64,000 nt of DNA from Camelus dromedarius (Eukaryota), in the NCBI RefSeq assembly GCF_036321535.1, contig NC_087437.1:121086001-121150000 (forward strand). Reading direction: 5' to 3'. How positions within the stretch are numbered: the first letter of the stretch is position 1; the number at the start of each line of letters is the position of its first letter. The notes below the pieces were generated by a model, which worked only from the letters and a program-made list of their open reading frames with translations, was not told where the DNA came from and searched no databases. This document shows, one piece after another, positions 12,512 through 23,404 of the stretch. The position numbers were made by a program, and so were the translations under genes.

Positions 12512-12668
12512 CGAAGGGGTACTTCAGCACTTCGTTGTCCTCCGGCTTCCCCGTGAAGCCCTGCAGGATGCGGGGGATGGACAGCACGGCGAGCTTGGCA
12601 TTCCTGCAGGGACAGAGCCACGGGGTGGCGTCCGCACCGGGGAGCAGAACCAGCTGCCGCAGCAGGCC
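12512..12668 (-). CDS. TSPEAR: TSPEAR exon 5 ([11 protein letters not shown]...NEVLKYPF), 157 nt
   Basis: Acceptor ctctctgcag|, donor |gttagt. Phase 0 to 1. Confidence 0.96.
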
Positions 12669-12915
12669 CTGCAGAGAGAGGGAGCGTGTGCTCAGACCTG
12701 CCGGAGAGGACCCCGGACCCCGGGTCACCGGCCCGGCCCACCAGAACCTGAGGGAGGGTAGGACTGGAGGTGGGGGCTAAGCTCTAACGCTGGGAGGGAG
12801 GAGTCTGGGCATGGGGGCACTGCGAGCAACAGTGGGGAACTGCACACCTCTCTACGGTAACTAAACCATGGAAGGGATTTTCCTGTGGACTAACCTGGAA
12901 TGACTGGGTACGTTG

Positions 12916-13470
12916 CTCATCCATCTGTATGTCCATCCATCTGTCCACCTATCTGTCCATCCATCCATCCATCCACCCACCCCCTGCCCATTCATTCATC
13001 TGTCTGTCCAACTATCTGTCTATCCTTCCATCCATCCAAGATTTTCATCAGTAAACATTCAGAGCACCTACTATACATCGGGCATGGTTCTCGGCACTGG
13101 ACACAGCAAGAAACAAAAGCCCTCATGGAGCAAGGCCCCCACCCACAGTCTGAGGGAGAGCCAGGCAACACGCAAACACACAGCTGGTCTGGGGGTGATC
13201 AGAGCTACAGGGGAAAGACAATTGGAGGAGGGGCTGAGAAGGCCGGGTGTGGGGGTCATGTCCTCAGAGTCGTGGGGAAGTCCTCCATGGCAAGAGGCCA
13301 TGGGGCAGGGCCCAAGGTCATAAGGAAGAAGCCACAGCGGTGGTGGGGACAGAGCTCCAGGCAGTGGGAACAGCAGGTGCAAAGGCCCTGTGGTGGGAGT
13401 GTGCCCAGCGTGCACGAGGCTCCGCTGAGCACACACAGTGTTGAACTGGAGCATCGGGGTGCCAGGCCAG
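12916..13470 (-). mobile_element. (TCCA)n simple repeat followed by L2 3' fragment
   Basis: tccatccatcc array, then cattcagagcacctactat...ggcatggttctcggcactgg and ccaggcagtgggaacagcaggtgcaaaggccctg, which are hallmark L2 motifs. Confidence 0.75.
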
Positions 13471-13533
13471 TGGTGCCAGGACCTGAGAGCTCTGGTGCTG
13501 GGAGGGCTGGGTGGGCAGCCCCTCCACACTCAC

Positions 13534-13624
13534 CGTGAACAGGCCTTTGGTCCTCCTCCGGCTGCCGATGAAGAACTGGGCTCCCTGCACCGATAGGGTG
13601 GCTGGGAAGGGCACGTCAGCCATT
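13534..13624 (-). CDS. TSPEAR: TSPEAR exon 4 ([30 protein letters not shown]), 91 nt
   Basis: Acceptor ttttcag|, donor |gtgagt. Completes the AT|A (Ile) codon from exon 3. Confidence 0.96.
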
Positions 13625-13719
13625 CTGAAAACATTGGAGGGTGGTTTTAGGGCCAGGGGAGTGCAGGGGCTCCGCCCATTTGTGTAGAAAGGCCAGTGGG
13701 CAGCACCACATGGAGGGGT

Positions 13720-14070
13720 ATCCTTGTCCAGGGGCAGCCGAACTGAGGTGCCACTGGCTGCAGCTGGACCACCAGAGGTGTATTCTCTCGTGGTTCTGGA
13801 GGCCGGAAGTTTGCAAGGTGTGGGCTGGTGTGCCCCCTCTGCAGGCTCTAGGGGCAGGTCCCACCCGCCTGCCTGGCTGCTGGGGGTCCTGGAGATTCCC
13901 CGCTGGCGGCCTTCTCGTAGGTGGGTCTTCTTAGAAGCCCCCGATCACTGAATCAGGGCCTCCCTATTCCAGTGTGACCTCAGCTTCACGTGATGGCACC
14001 TGCAAAAACACTGTCTCCAAGCAAGGCCCCACTCTCGGGTCCCCCGGGACAAGGCCTCCCACTGAGCCAC
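13720..14070 (-). mobile_element. MLT1-type MaLR LTR fragment
   Basis: tattctctcgtggttctggaggccggaagt and attccagtgtgacctc...ctgcaaaaacactgtctccaa motifs. Confidence 0.65.
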
Positions 14071-15049
14071 GTGCCGCGGGGGTGCTCGGGGCCCCTCCGG
14101 CTCACGGGGGCCGCTGGCGGCTTCTCCCTGCAGGGGGTCCCCAGCCTGCGCCCCTCCTCTGAGCATGGGGCAGGGGGACAGAGGGCTCAAGGCAACAGGA
14201 AGTTCACCTCGTTGGTGACCGGGGCGGTGTTGGAAGACGTGGCCAGAGTTGGGTCTTGAGGTGCACGTGGAGAGAAGGCGGGGGCCCTGGCTGGAGCCTC
14301 CGGGGCGGGAAAGCCAGGTGCGCTCCCTCGCTGCCAGTGCCTCCCAGCCAGGATGCCACGCCCTCTACTCAGAGCTCCTGCTCTGTGTGGCCTTTGCCAT
14401 TTGGCTGCAGCGGGCCGTGGCGAGGTCAGCTCTTGACCGCTGTCCCAGATCGCCCTGCACTCTGAGCGTAGCTCCCGGGCCTCCCGAGTCGGCTGAGCCG
14501 TCCATGGCCCCTGCCTGGCCTGTGAAGCCCGGCCCCAGGGCCTAAATTCCTCCTCGGCCGCCGTCAGCTCCAGCCCCCAGCGCCAGGCTTGCCCCCCCCA
14601 CCCCGCAGGCTCTCCCACCTGAGGTCATCGCTCCGGAAAGGCCCCAGAGTGTTTGGGGGCAAGGTGGGGAGGAATTGTGAACAAGGTATATTTAAACAGA
14701 GTGTTTAAGTGTTCAGAATACTTTTTTTAAATTACAAAATGCGTTCCATGACAACAGAGCAGAGTAACAGTTTCCTCTGAAAGCAGTAGCTGCCATAATG
14801 ACAGATTCACATAAACTGGGCCATTTGTGATCAGAAAGACAGCGTGGCCAGCCCCAGCCAGCAGGGACGGAAGCTGAGGGCTGGTGGGGGTCACAGGCCG
14901 GCTGCGGGGACTCACCACCGCCCTGGCCGGTTTACAGAGGAGCCAGGCGACGGCAGGGACAAGGGGTGGACTTGGGCTCTGAGTGCCTGGGGTCGTATCA
15001 AAGCTACTGTGGATTATTTTGCAGGTTTATTTGGAGTTTGGGTGAATAT

Positions 15050-15130
15050 CTATCCTCATCCCGGATGAGGAAACTGAGTCAGAGAGGTTGTGATGTGTTG
15101 AAAGTCACAGAGCAAGACCTGGGCCTCCAT
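15050..15130 (+). mobile_element. MIR core fragment
   Basis: gatgaggaaactgagtcagagaggtt...gtcacagagc. Confidence 0.65.
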
Positions 15131-15520
15131 CAGGCGTAGCTCCTTTTTGGCTCTGGTGCCTGAGCTGGTTCTGACCCTCCTCTGGGCCTTCATCTGATGG
15201 TAACAACCCTGCATCACGTGTGTACCCAGGTCAAGTTTAATCCCCCCAGCATGGGCACGGGCAGGCTAGGCTCCCTCCCGGCCTGGCAGCCGGCTCTCAG
15301 ACCCATGGGGCCCCGCCCACCACCGCCTCTTTGAGGGGTGGGCTTCATGTCCACCTGCCCGTGACCCTGGCACCCCTCCACCAGCCTGACCCCACCAGGC
15401 CCTGCCCATGAGCACAAGAGGAGCCACACGGGGCAGCCACTCGGGACCTGGCTGCAGGAACCCATCTTGCTGGGCAGCACACGGCACCCTGTGACCCCCT
15501 CTGGGCATCCCAGTACCTAC

Positions 15521-15759
15521 ATGTCCACGGGGAGGCCGCAGTCCGTGGTCAGGGAAAAGGAGCCTTCGGACACGGCCAAGACCAGCGTGTGCCACTGGCC
15601 GTCCATCAGGGCTGGGCTGCGGAAGGACACGCGGGTCTGCCAGATGCCCGCCGCGTCCTCGCTGCGGAAGAGGAAGTGCAGCCGGGCGGCCGAGTAGAGC
15701 AGGCCGAGCAGCAGGGCGTCCAGCCCCTCCGCCATCACCGTGAGCAGGTACTCGTTCTT
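15521..15759 (-). CDS. TSPEAR: TSPEAR exon 3 (laminin-G/TSPN domain; KNEYLLTV...[11 protein letters not shown]...CGLPVD), 239 nt
   Basis: Acceptor tccctgcag|, donor |gtaggt. DGxWHxL LamG motif. Confidence 0.97.
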
Positions 15760-16671
15760 CTGCAGGGACAGGGCGGCACGTGGGAGCACACGCTCGGGTT
15801 AACAGACTTCGATATTGTAATGATCGCTTTACCAAGTCGTATTCTCTCCTTTATGTAGGCAGATAAGACATATATAACCAAAGCCCACGCTTTCTGTGCT
15901 TGTCACTGTGCTGCTGCTTCAAAGCAAAGTGTCCCACAGCACAAAGGCTGAACTCTCGATACCAGTCCCCTCCTCATCTGCAGAACTTCGCTCAGCTGCC
16001 TCGGAGCCGCTTTGCCAGCGGGACCTGCTACAAACTGTCTCCTCGCCGTAAAAAGCAGAGACATGCTCTGCTCGCTTTGCTGAGCTCGAGGTCTTAGGCT
16101 CAGGGCTGCTTGCGCTCATGGAAAGCCACAGCTCGTCCCCCGCCCTGACCGGCAGGCCACGCTTCGCTCATCAGGCGCAGGCGGACAGCGTGGGCCTCTC
16201 CTGCTCGCAGAAGACAGTGCCCGAGCCCTCGGCTGGGGACAGCGGGGCTGCTTCGCGCGCTCAGACGACTTCTGATCGTTGTGCGGCGACTCTGCGGTGG
16301 TCTGGGTTTTCATTATCAATTGTTGGGAACACTGTAACCTCGCTCATGATTGTTTGAGGCTTAAAATAACCGTTTGTACGGTCAATATTGTAACCTTCTC
16401 TCGAGTATAAGTTAAGATCACAATGTTTCTGTTTCTCACTAACTGAAACCGCTGGCCTGCGTCCCTGCACGTGCACCGTCCCCTTTACTCATTCCTACGG
16501 CGCATTTCACTTTGGCTCTTTGTCTGACTCTTCTCAATAAATACAGGAGCTCTGGAGGGGCTGGTCTCCGGCTCCCTCTCACTCTCTTGACCTGATACAG
16601 TCTTGAGTAATTTCATCCTTCCGCGGTGGGGTTTTGGCTGGACAAAACCCATGACGGACAGAACCCACAGT

Positions 16672-16900
16672 GGTGGGCCAGGCAGGTGAGGGGGCAGGTG
16701 GTGAGAAAGTGAGGGGGGCATTTGGGGGCTGGGCAGTGGGGAGGGACAGGTGAGGGGGCAGATGGGGGCGGGGCAGGCGGGGGGCAGATGAGGGGGCAGG
16801 TGAGGGTGGGAGGTGAGGAGGGTGGATGGAGGCGGAGCATTAGGGCAGGTGGGGGCAGGGCAGCGGGGAGGAGGAGGCTGGGGGCAGCTGGGGGCGGGTC
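16672..16900 (+). repeat. G-rich degenerate minisatellite (about GGGGGCAGGTGA units)
   Basis: Many G4-G6 runs separated by short CAG/TGA linkers, seen directly. Confidence 0.75.
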
Positions 16901-16959
16901 TCTGAGGCAGTGACCACGCTCCCTGGTAAGCCAGACGCGTGGCACACGCCCAGGAGGAC

Positions 16960-17580
16960 AGCTACGGTCAATCGGATGGAAAATACCAGGAGCTGATGAG
17001 GACATGGAGAAACGAGCCTGCGCACTGCGGGGGGGGTGCAGCTGTTACAGAAAATAGAACACTCGTGTGGAATTACGGCCTGAGCCAGCGCCCCCGCCGC
17101 CGGGTACACGCCCAGGAGGACTGGCGGCAGGGTCCTGAAGAGATGCTGGGCCCACATGTTCGTTTCTCTCAGTAGCTGGGACATCAAGGGAACCATGTCC
17201 ATCAGAGGAGAAATGTGTGGGTGAGTGCGGTCCGTTCACTCAGCCTTAGAAGCAAGCTGTGACACCAACGTGGATGAACCTTGCGGACCTTACGCTGAGT
17301 GACATAAGCCAGTCACAAAAGGGCAAACAGTATACGATCCACTTGCACGAGGTCCCTGGAGCGGCCAGATTCAGAGACAGAGAGCAGAAAGGGGGTGCCT
17401 GGGGGCCGGGGAGTGGGGAGCGGGGAGCTGTTGCTTAACGTGTGTGGAGTTTCTGTTCGGGGAAGAAAAAAACTGGTGACGGCTGCACAACAATGTGGCT
17501 GTCGTCAGTGCCCCCGAGCTGTGCACTTTAAAGGGGTTAAAATGGCAAATTTCAGGTTGTGTATTTCACCACAGGTCTTA
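16960..17580 (+). mobile_element. L1MB-type 3' UTR fossil, strongly GC-shifted
   Basis: ggatgaacctt...ctgagtgacataagccagtcacaaaagg...ttaaaatggcaaattt...gtatttcaccaca. Confidence 0.8.
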
Positions 17581-18376
17581 AAGCCTCGCAGTGCCCGCCA
17601 CGATGGCGGTGCGCGAGCACCCCCGCCGGCTGCACAGCGCTCCCCGGCTCGGCCCGCGTAGACGCGGCCGCCTCAACATGCGTGAGCGCAGCTCCGCGTC
17701 TGCTCGCTTCCAGACCCACACGGGGGGGAAGGTAAAGAGCTGAAGTGATTAATTTAAAGCAGGTGCATAAATACAGAATATAATTTTTCAGCAAGTCTTT
17801 GCCCTTGTAAACCTGTGAGTGAAATTCCAGGCACTGCTACACTGAAGAAGCAGAAACCTCCATGGTCTCACGTCTAATTCAACTCCTAACACAGCACAAG
17901 ACCCCTGGCATCGCTTGGTCACGTGACCGCGGGCCACTCCAGGCGCTGCGGGGACACGCGTGGCACCTGCAGGTGTCTGCCATGGGAAGGGAACCCTCCC
18001 ATGAGTCAGCGTTCAGGACGTGCGTGTGACGCATGGAAACCAGAAACGACACAGTGAGGGCAGAATGCTCACGGCGATGGCTGGGCAGGTGGGGCGGGCG
18101 GCTGGGAGGACTTCACGGGCAGGGCCTCCGGCGAAACAGGCATCTCCAATTCTCCACGCCCAGGTCGCAGGACCACAGGCCCTGAGCAGCCACTGACCTT
18201 CCTGGGAGGGTGTGAGCCCCACCAGTGACACTGCCCAGAGGAGTCAGGCCACTGCCCTTTGTGATTTCTCAGTCACTCACCCCTAGAGATACTTCTAGGA
18301 GACCAACATCTACTCAAGACCACCCCCTCCCCCGAAGAAGGTGAGATAAAGGAAGTAAATGAGGTGGTGAAGTGAG

Positions 18377-18382
18377 TTTATT
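18377..18382 (-). terminator. AATAAA poly(A) signal of KRTAP10 copy 1
   Basis: About 330 nt after the stop; same context (AATAAACTCACTTCACC) as copy 4. Confidence 0.7.
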
Positions 18383-18709
18383 CCTCCAGGTGCCTGAGAA
18401 GGTGCTGACAGTTTGGAAAGAGAGGCCAAGTGACCCCGGCAGAGAAATGGGGAGGGGGGACAGGTGACCCAGAGGCAGGTAGGGTCACCTGGGAGGCAAG
18501 AGCCCTGGGGCACAGCAAGGTCAAGGGGTCCTGGGAGCAGTGGTCAGAGGTCAGTCAGGTCACGACAATGGATACATAGCAGGACCTGTCCTCAGTGGGG
18601 ACAGTCACATAATTCAGGTCAGGACTGAGGGGAAGCTGGGGGCCAAGTCACTGGTGGGAACTGAGCCCGGCTGGCCCTGGGGGGACCTGCCCGGTCAGCA
18701 GCAGGGCTT

Positions 18710-19285
18710 CTAGGCTGAGTCGGGGACACAGCAGGCTGAGCGGGAGCACCTGGGGCGGCAGAGCAGGGACACGCAGGAGGCCGGGCGGCAGCAGCTGGGC
18801 TGGCAGGAGGGGGCGGGGGCACAGCAGGCGGGTCTGCACACAGGGCGGCAGAGCAGGGACACACAGGAGGAGGGTCTGCAGCAGGATGAGGGGCAGAGGG
18901 TGGGCTCACAGCACACGGGCCTGCAGCAGACGGGCCTGCAGCACACGGGCCTGCAGCACACGGGCCTGCAGCACACAGGCTCACAGCAGTCCTGCTGGCA
19001 GGGGGAGGAGGTGCAGCAGGAGGGCTGGCAGCTAGACTGCGGGCAGCACAAGGCCGTGCAGGAGCTGGTGCAGGCAGATGGGCAGGGACAGGGCTCACAG
19101 CTCGCTGGGGCACAGAGGAGGCTCAGGCAGGGGGCCGGGGCACAGCAGGGGGGCTCGCAGCAGCTCTCTGGGCAGTCGTCCACCTGCCAGGAGGAGCCGG
19201 TGCAGGAGTCACAGGGACCGGGCAGGCAGACCCGGCTGCCGTAGCTCAGGTCGCCGGAGCAGGTGGACAGGGCAGGCGCGGCCAT
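18710..19285 (-). CDS. KRTAP10: Keratin-associated protein 10 family, copy 1 (191 aa; in TSPEAR intron 2)
   Basis: Intronless Cys-rich ORF MAAPALSTCSGDLSYGSRVCLPG...WQVDDCPESCCEPPCC...VPDSA. Kozak accATGG; TATA about 90 nt upstream. Exact member number not assignable. Confidence 0.93.
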   Translation of the reverse strand: MAAPALSTCSGDLSYGSRVCLPGPCDSCTGSSWQVDDCPESCCEPPCCAPAPCLSLLCAPASCEPCPCPSACTSSCTALCCPQSSCQPSCCTSSPCQQDCCEPVCCRPVCCRPVCCRPVCCRPVCCEPTLCPSSCCRPSSCVSLLCRPVCRPACCAPAPSCQPSCCRPASCVSLLCRPRCSRSACCVPDSA

Positions 19286-19371
19286 GGTGGGGGCGGTGGG
19301 GCTGGAGGAGGGTGAGTGTGTGAGCCTGAGTGCGAGTGTGAGGGAGTGTGAGGTGCCTAGGGGTGCTGGGC

Positions 19372-19378
19372 TTTTATA
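19372..19378 (-). promoter_or_regulatory. TATA box (TATAAAA) of KRTAP10 copy 1
   Basis: GGTATAAAAG followed by a CA-rich 5' UTR. Confidence 0.8.
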
Positions 19379-21389
19379 CCCCTCCCTGGCCTGTGTCGTC
19401 CCAGCAGGAGGCTCCACGCCCGCCCTTCCTTGTTGGTGTTGACAGCTGGTTGCGGGAGCCTTCATTAGTGCTGGCGTATTTTCAATAGTTTTACTCACTA
19501 AACTTGTGAGTATGAATGTCCTGAGTTGCAGGATGTTTCCCGTCTCTCCTGTGTTTGGCTCCAGAAAAGTTACGGAAAACATTTGAGGCAAGGTTATGCT
19601 GAGTTGAGGCCTAGAGGTGAACACTTCTGCAAAGTGATGAGTTGTGGTTCCATCTCTCCTGTGTGTGGGGTGCTTTAATATTATTTTGACCTTTAAGCAT
19701 TTTAAAATGTGGTGTAGAGTGACACTCCACATCTTATAAAAGGCAAGTGGTTCAGAGGATTGGATCATAGAGGTGGGTCTGGGGTCGGGTTCCACAGGGG
19801 GTGGCCCATGCACCACCCCAGCCCCCGCGGCAGCTGTGCGGCAGGAGGCACAGAGAGGGAGACGTCCAGCCTGGCACAGCCCAGCTGACCACGCCCGAGA
19901 GCAGCGTTAATGGGCCGTGGTCAGACGCGGACTCTCAGGAACCCTCATCAAAGAGCTCTCACAGGTGCCCGCGTGAGCTGGGGCCGTGCAAGGATGCGGG
20001 GACCCAGGGGCAGGGCTGGACTCTCCTCTGTCACCACTTATCCTCACCTTTTCACTCAAACCCAGGTGCCTTTCAACGCCCGCTGTGCACCCCACACTCC
20101 ATGGCTGAGCAAACTACCCACTCTGGCCAGAATTTGCCTCCTTCAAGGGTGATGCCCTGAAAGACCAGTTCAGGGAGAGGGAGACCGTCTCCTCTGGGGA
20201 CGCCGCGTGTGAGCCCTGGGGACTCGTGCACCCAGCGCAACACCGAGAAGCTCAGGCAGCCGACGGTTTCCCTCGTGGGTACGAGAAGACGTGGTCCCGG
20301 GGAGCTTGGAACAGAAAGTCGGAGTGGGCTGACGCCGGTGAAGACGCCAGCAACTGGGTCCGTGAGCTTCACGGTGGCCCTGACCGCAGCTGTGAGGTGA
20401 GACACCGTTTTCTGAGCACCTGTTCTGGGCCCGGCGGTGATCAGAGTGCTTCACAGCTGTTACCTCAATTAATTCCGTATCAGCGAAGTGAGGGAGTTAC
20501 TGTGAACGGGCGGCGGAAGCCAAGGCACAAAGAGGGGAAGCAACGCCCTCAAGGTCACACAGCCCAGAGTCAGGGCTGGGGCCGGAGGCCGCCAGCTGGA
20601 TATAGGACCAAGGCTCTCAAGCAGGACGTCCCCCAGGCCGAATTCAGGGTGGACGTGGAAGAAAACACGTGTCGCAGGAAATTTAACACCAAGCAGCTGG
20701 ACTGGAAGTTCACAGCAGAGGCAGGAAAGCGCAAAATTAACACCGGAGAGAATCCGCTCAGTGGTTTTAAGGACAAACATTGCTAGTTCCTCCAAGTCAT
20801 GCAGGCTGAGGATAAAACCCTCAGGATGGGGAGAGAAAGCGTGACAAACTGTGTTCCAACGTCAGACACGACAGCTCGGTCGCCGGGGAGGGAGAAGCCG
20901 CAGTTAGGACGAAAACAGCAATCGGAGGCATAGCTGAGCTCGAGTCACTCCGCGCTGAGGAGACAAGGGTGTGTGCGCATCGGGACTGAAGGGCCCGTGA
21001 GTGCCAGGAGAGTCCGGCCTTCAGGGCTGCCCCGGACACTCACGACGCCTTCCTCAAGGAAGGCGAGCAGCGCCGTGTTCTCACACGAAGCAAGAGCTTA
21101 GAAAGGACTCCATCCACGCGTCCCTCTTGGGAAAACAGCGCTTACAGACGTAAGACAAAGGGCCAGGTGCTGACGCGCACGGAGCCCGCGGGGCCCGGCT
21201 GGGCGACCCGGCGCGGCGTGCAGATGCAAAGCCCCGGCCTGCGGGAGCAGGTGCAGCGTGGGGCCCTCCTGTGCAGCGGCCCCCGAGGGCCTCGTGCTTT
21301 CCCCGGGTCAGAGGCGGCGTCTTCTGTGCGTGCGAGCCACCGGCCCCCTGTGGCTCCTGGGCCCTTGCAGAGGAGCCAGTACCGCAACC

Positions 21390-21535
21390 TGAAGTGGTAA
21401 CCGTCTGAATATATTGGGTTAAATAAAATATCTTATTAAATTAATCTCCTGTTTCTTTCCTCACTTTTAAATGTGGTGATTATAGTAGTTGCAGTTACGT
21501 GTGTGGCTTGAACTACATTTCCATGGGGAAACATA
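21390..21535 (+). mobile_element. MER33-like hAT-Charlie MITE end
   Basis: atatattgggttaaataaaatatcttattaaattaat...taaatgtgg matches the remembered MER33 terminus. Confidence 0.6.
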
Positions 21536-21555
21536 GCTCATTCCTGCTTTAAGTT

Positions 21556-21664
21556 TATTTTTGTTTTGCTTTGTTTTGCTTTGGTGAGGGGGAGGTAATT
21601 AGGTTTTTATTTATTTTTAACGCGGGTACTGGGGATTGAACCCAAGACCTTGTGCGTGCATGGT
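21556..21664 (-). mobile_element. 5'-truncated camelid-type tRNA-derived SINE with 18-bp target-site duplication
   Basis: B-box GGGTTCAATCCCC and AATTACCTCCCCC tail; flanked by tcattcctgctttaagtt at 21538-21555 and 21665-21682. Confidence 0.85.
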
Positions 21665-21682
21665 TCATTCCTGCTTTAAGTT

Positions 21683-21841
21683 CATTTCTTTGCTTGTTTG
21701 ATTGTTTGTTTGTTTAGGGGGGCAGGTAATTAAGTTTTTATTTATTTATTTATTTTTCAGGGTGGTTTGGGGAATTAAACCCAGGACTTTGTGCGCCCTA
21801 GGCACGCACTCTACCGCTGAGCCGCACCCTCCCGCCTCACC
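21683..21841 (-). mobile_element. Full-length camelid-type tRNA-derived SINE
   Basis: A-box-like GGCTCAGCGGTAGAG, B-box-like GGGTTTAATTCCCC and A-rich tail; cctgcttta on both sides. Confidence 0.85.
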
Positions 21842-21887
21842 CCTGCTTTAGAGCACGCTAAGAGACTCGTCATTCGAGGGTGAATAG

Positions 21888-21975
21888 ATTTTTTTTTTAA
21901 AAGGAGGAACTGGAGACTGGACCCAGGACCTGGGGCACGCTAAGCACACGCTCTGCACTGAGCTCCACCCTCCCC
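21888..21975 (-). mobile_element. Short camelid-type tRNA-derived SINE
   Basis: GGGGAGGGTGGAGCTCAGTGCAGAGCG head ending in a poly(A) run. Confidence 0.75.
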
Positions 21976-23404
21976 TTCAAGGGGGATTGATGTTGAGAAA
22001 ACAAAATAGATCCTCTGTTAAACAGAAATTTCTCACATTATCTTGTTTCTTTTTTTTGTTTTAATAGTTAAAATCTACATCAAAAGAGAAAGTTAACAAG
22101 TATTCATTAGTATGACTGAAAACAGAATATATCTTTCAGAACAATAGAAAAATTATTAGACATCCTCTACTTGAAGACAAAAACAAGAATACTTATAGAG
22201 CAGAGAATTTCATCAATGTGGCAGAATCTGGAGCTAAATTATCAGTTACAATGTAAAGTAAATTTCATCTAATGTTTCTTATTAGATGGGAAAAAAAGTC
22301 TTGAAATGGTTCCTAAAATAACAACCAAAAAGGTGATAGCTGCTGTCCCAGTTAAGCGCAGACACCAACCAACAGTCACGCAAAGTGCGAGAGGAGCCAG
22401 GGGGGAGCGCCAGCCTCCTGAGCCACACTCAGAGCCCCCCCCCCCACTAGGGGGCTGAGACGACCTGGACATGGGGGCCCACCAGCCCCCACGTCCCCAC
22501 GTCTGGGGATAGGACGAGACCAGAGCAGACGGAAGGGAGGGGTGGCCACGACTCCTCGCACACGGGTAAGCTTGTTTCATTGCCAGCATCCCAGTCCGTG
22601 GGGAGGTGTGGCCACTGACAAGGCAGGGCTGGCCCCGGGCAGGGGGCAGGGGGGACCCCAGGAAAGCAGCAGCCCCCACCAGGGACCCAGGCGTGGGAAA
22701 GCACCCTCCCAGATCCACAAGGTGCATCGACTCGGCCAATGAGCAGTTGTCCAAATGAAGGGGACAGAAATAAAGCCAGGAGCCCACCCCTGCTCAGGCT
22801 GAGGACTGCAAAGGAGGAAGAGCGTGGCCCCCGCCAGTCCCCCAGGGTCAGCGAGCTGCCCTGCTGGTAGCAGACCAGCAGGGAGCATCCGGGCCATCAG
22901 GACCTGCCTTCCACCCGCTTGGCAGCCCACATCGCATCTCTTGGGGGTCCACCAGACAGAAGGCACAGATGTCATTATTGCATCCCTGGCTCAGCTCCTC
23001 CCCTGGAGCAAACACGCTCCCTCTGCAGGAAGATGCCTTCACAGGAGCCCTCAAACAGCTGCAGACACTTGTCCCAGAACGAGGACCATTGCTCAGCCAA
23101 AGCCGACTCAGCACACCAAGAGGGGAGACCCCAGGAGCAAGAATTGGCGAGTGTGACAGGAAGCTCAGCCAAGCCTGGTTTCCCTCCATGGTGGCCCCCC
23201 AGCCAAGCCCCTTCTCACTGGGGTACACCCTGTCCTCCAGGTGGCTGCCTGCCCAGTCTTGTCCCCACAGGGATGACCAGAGCGACTCCCTCCTCCCTGT
23301 GTCTTCCAGGAAGGCAACCTACCTTAATACTCAGATTCATGGGGGGCACCCAGTGAGCACCTTCCGTTTCCAAATATCCCACCCTCCTTGGCTATTGGCC
23401 CCTG

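Noticed and set aside
18695-18712. Programmed stop-codon readthrough producing QKSCC-like extensions
   Set aside because: The context is TAG-A, not the established leaky TGA-CTAG type, and two copies already carry substitutions in the tail. A fossil terminus is the simpler explanation, though it is untested.
19286-19816. 368-aa extended ORF upstream of KRTAP10 copy 1 (similarly 25233-25412 and 60257-60370)
   Set aside because: The extensions run through the TATA box and promoter, and some begin at non-ATG codons. The real starts are the Kozak ATGs downstream of TATA.
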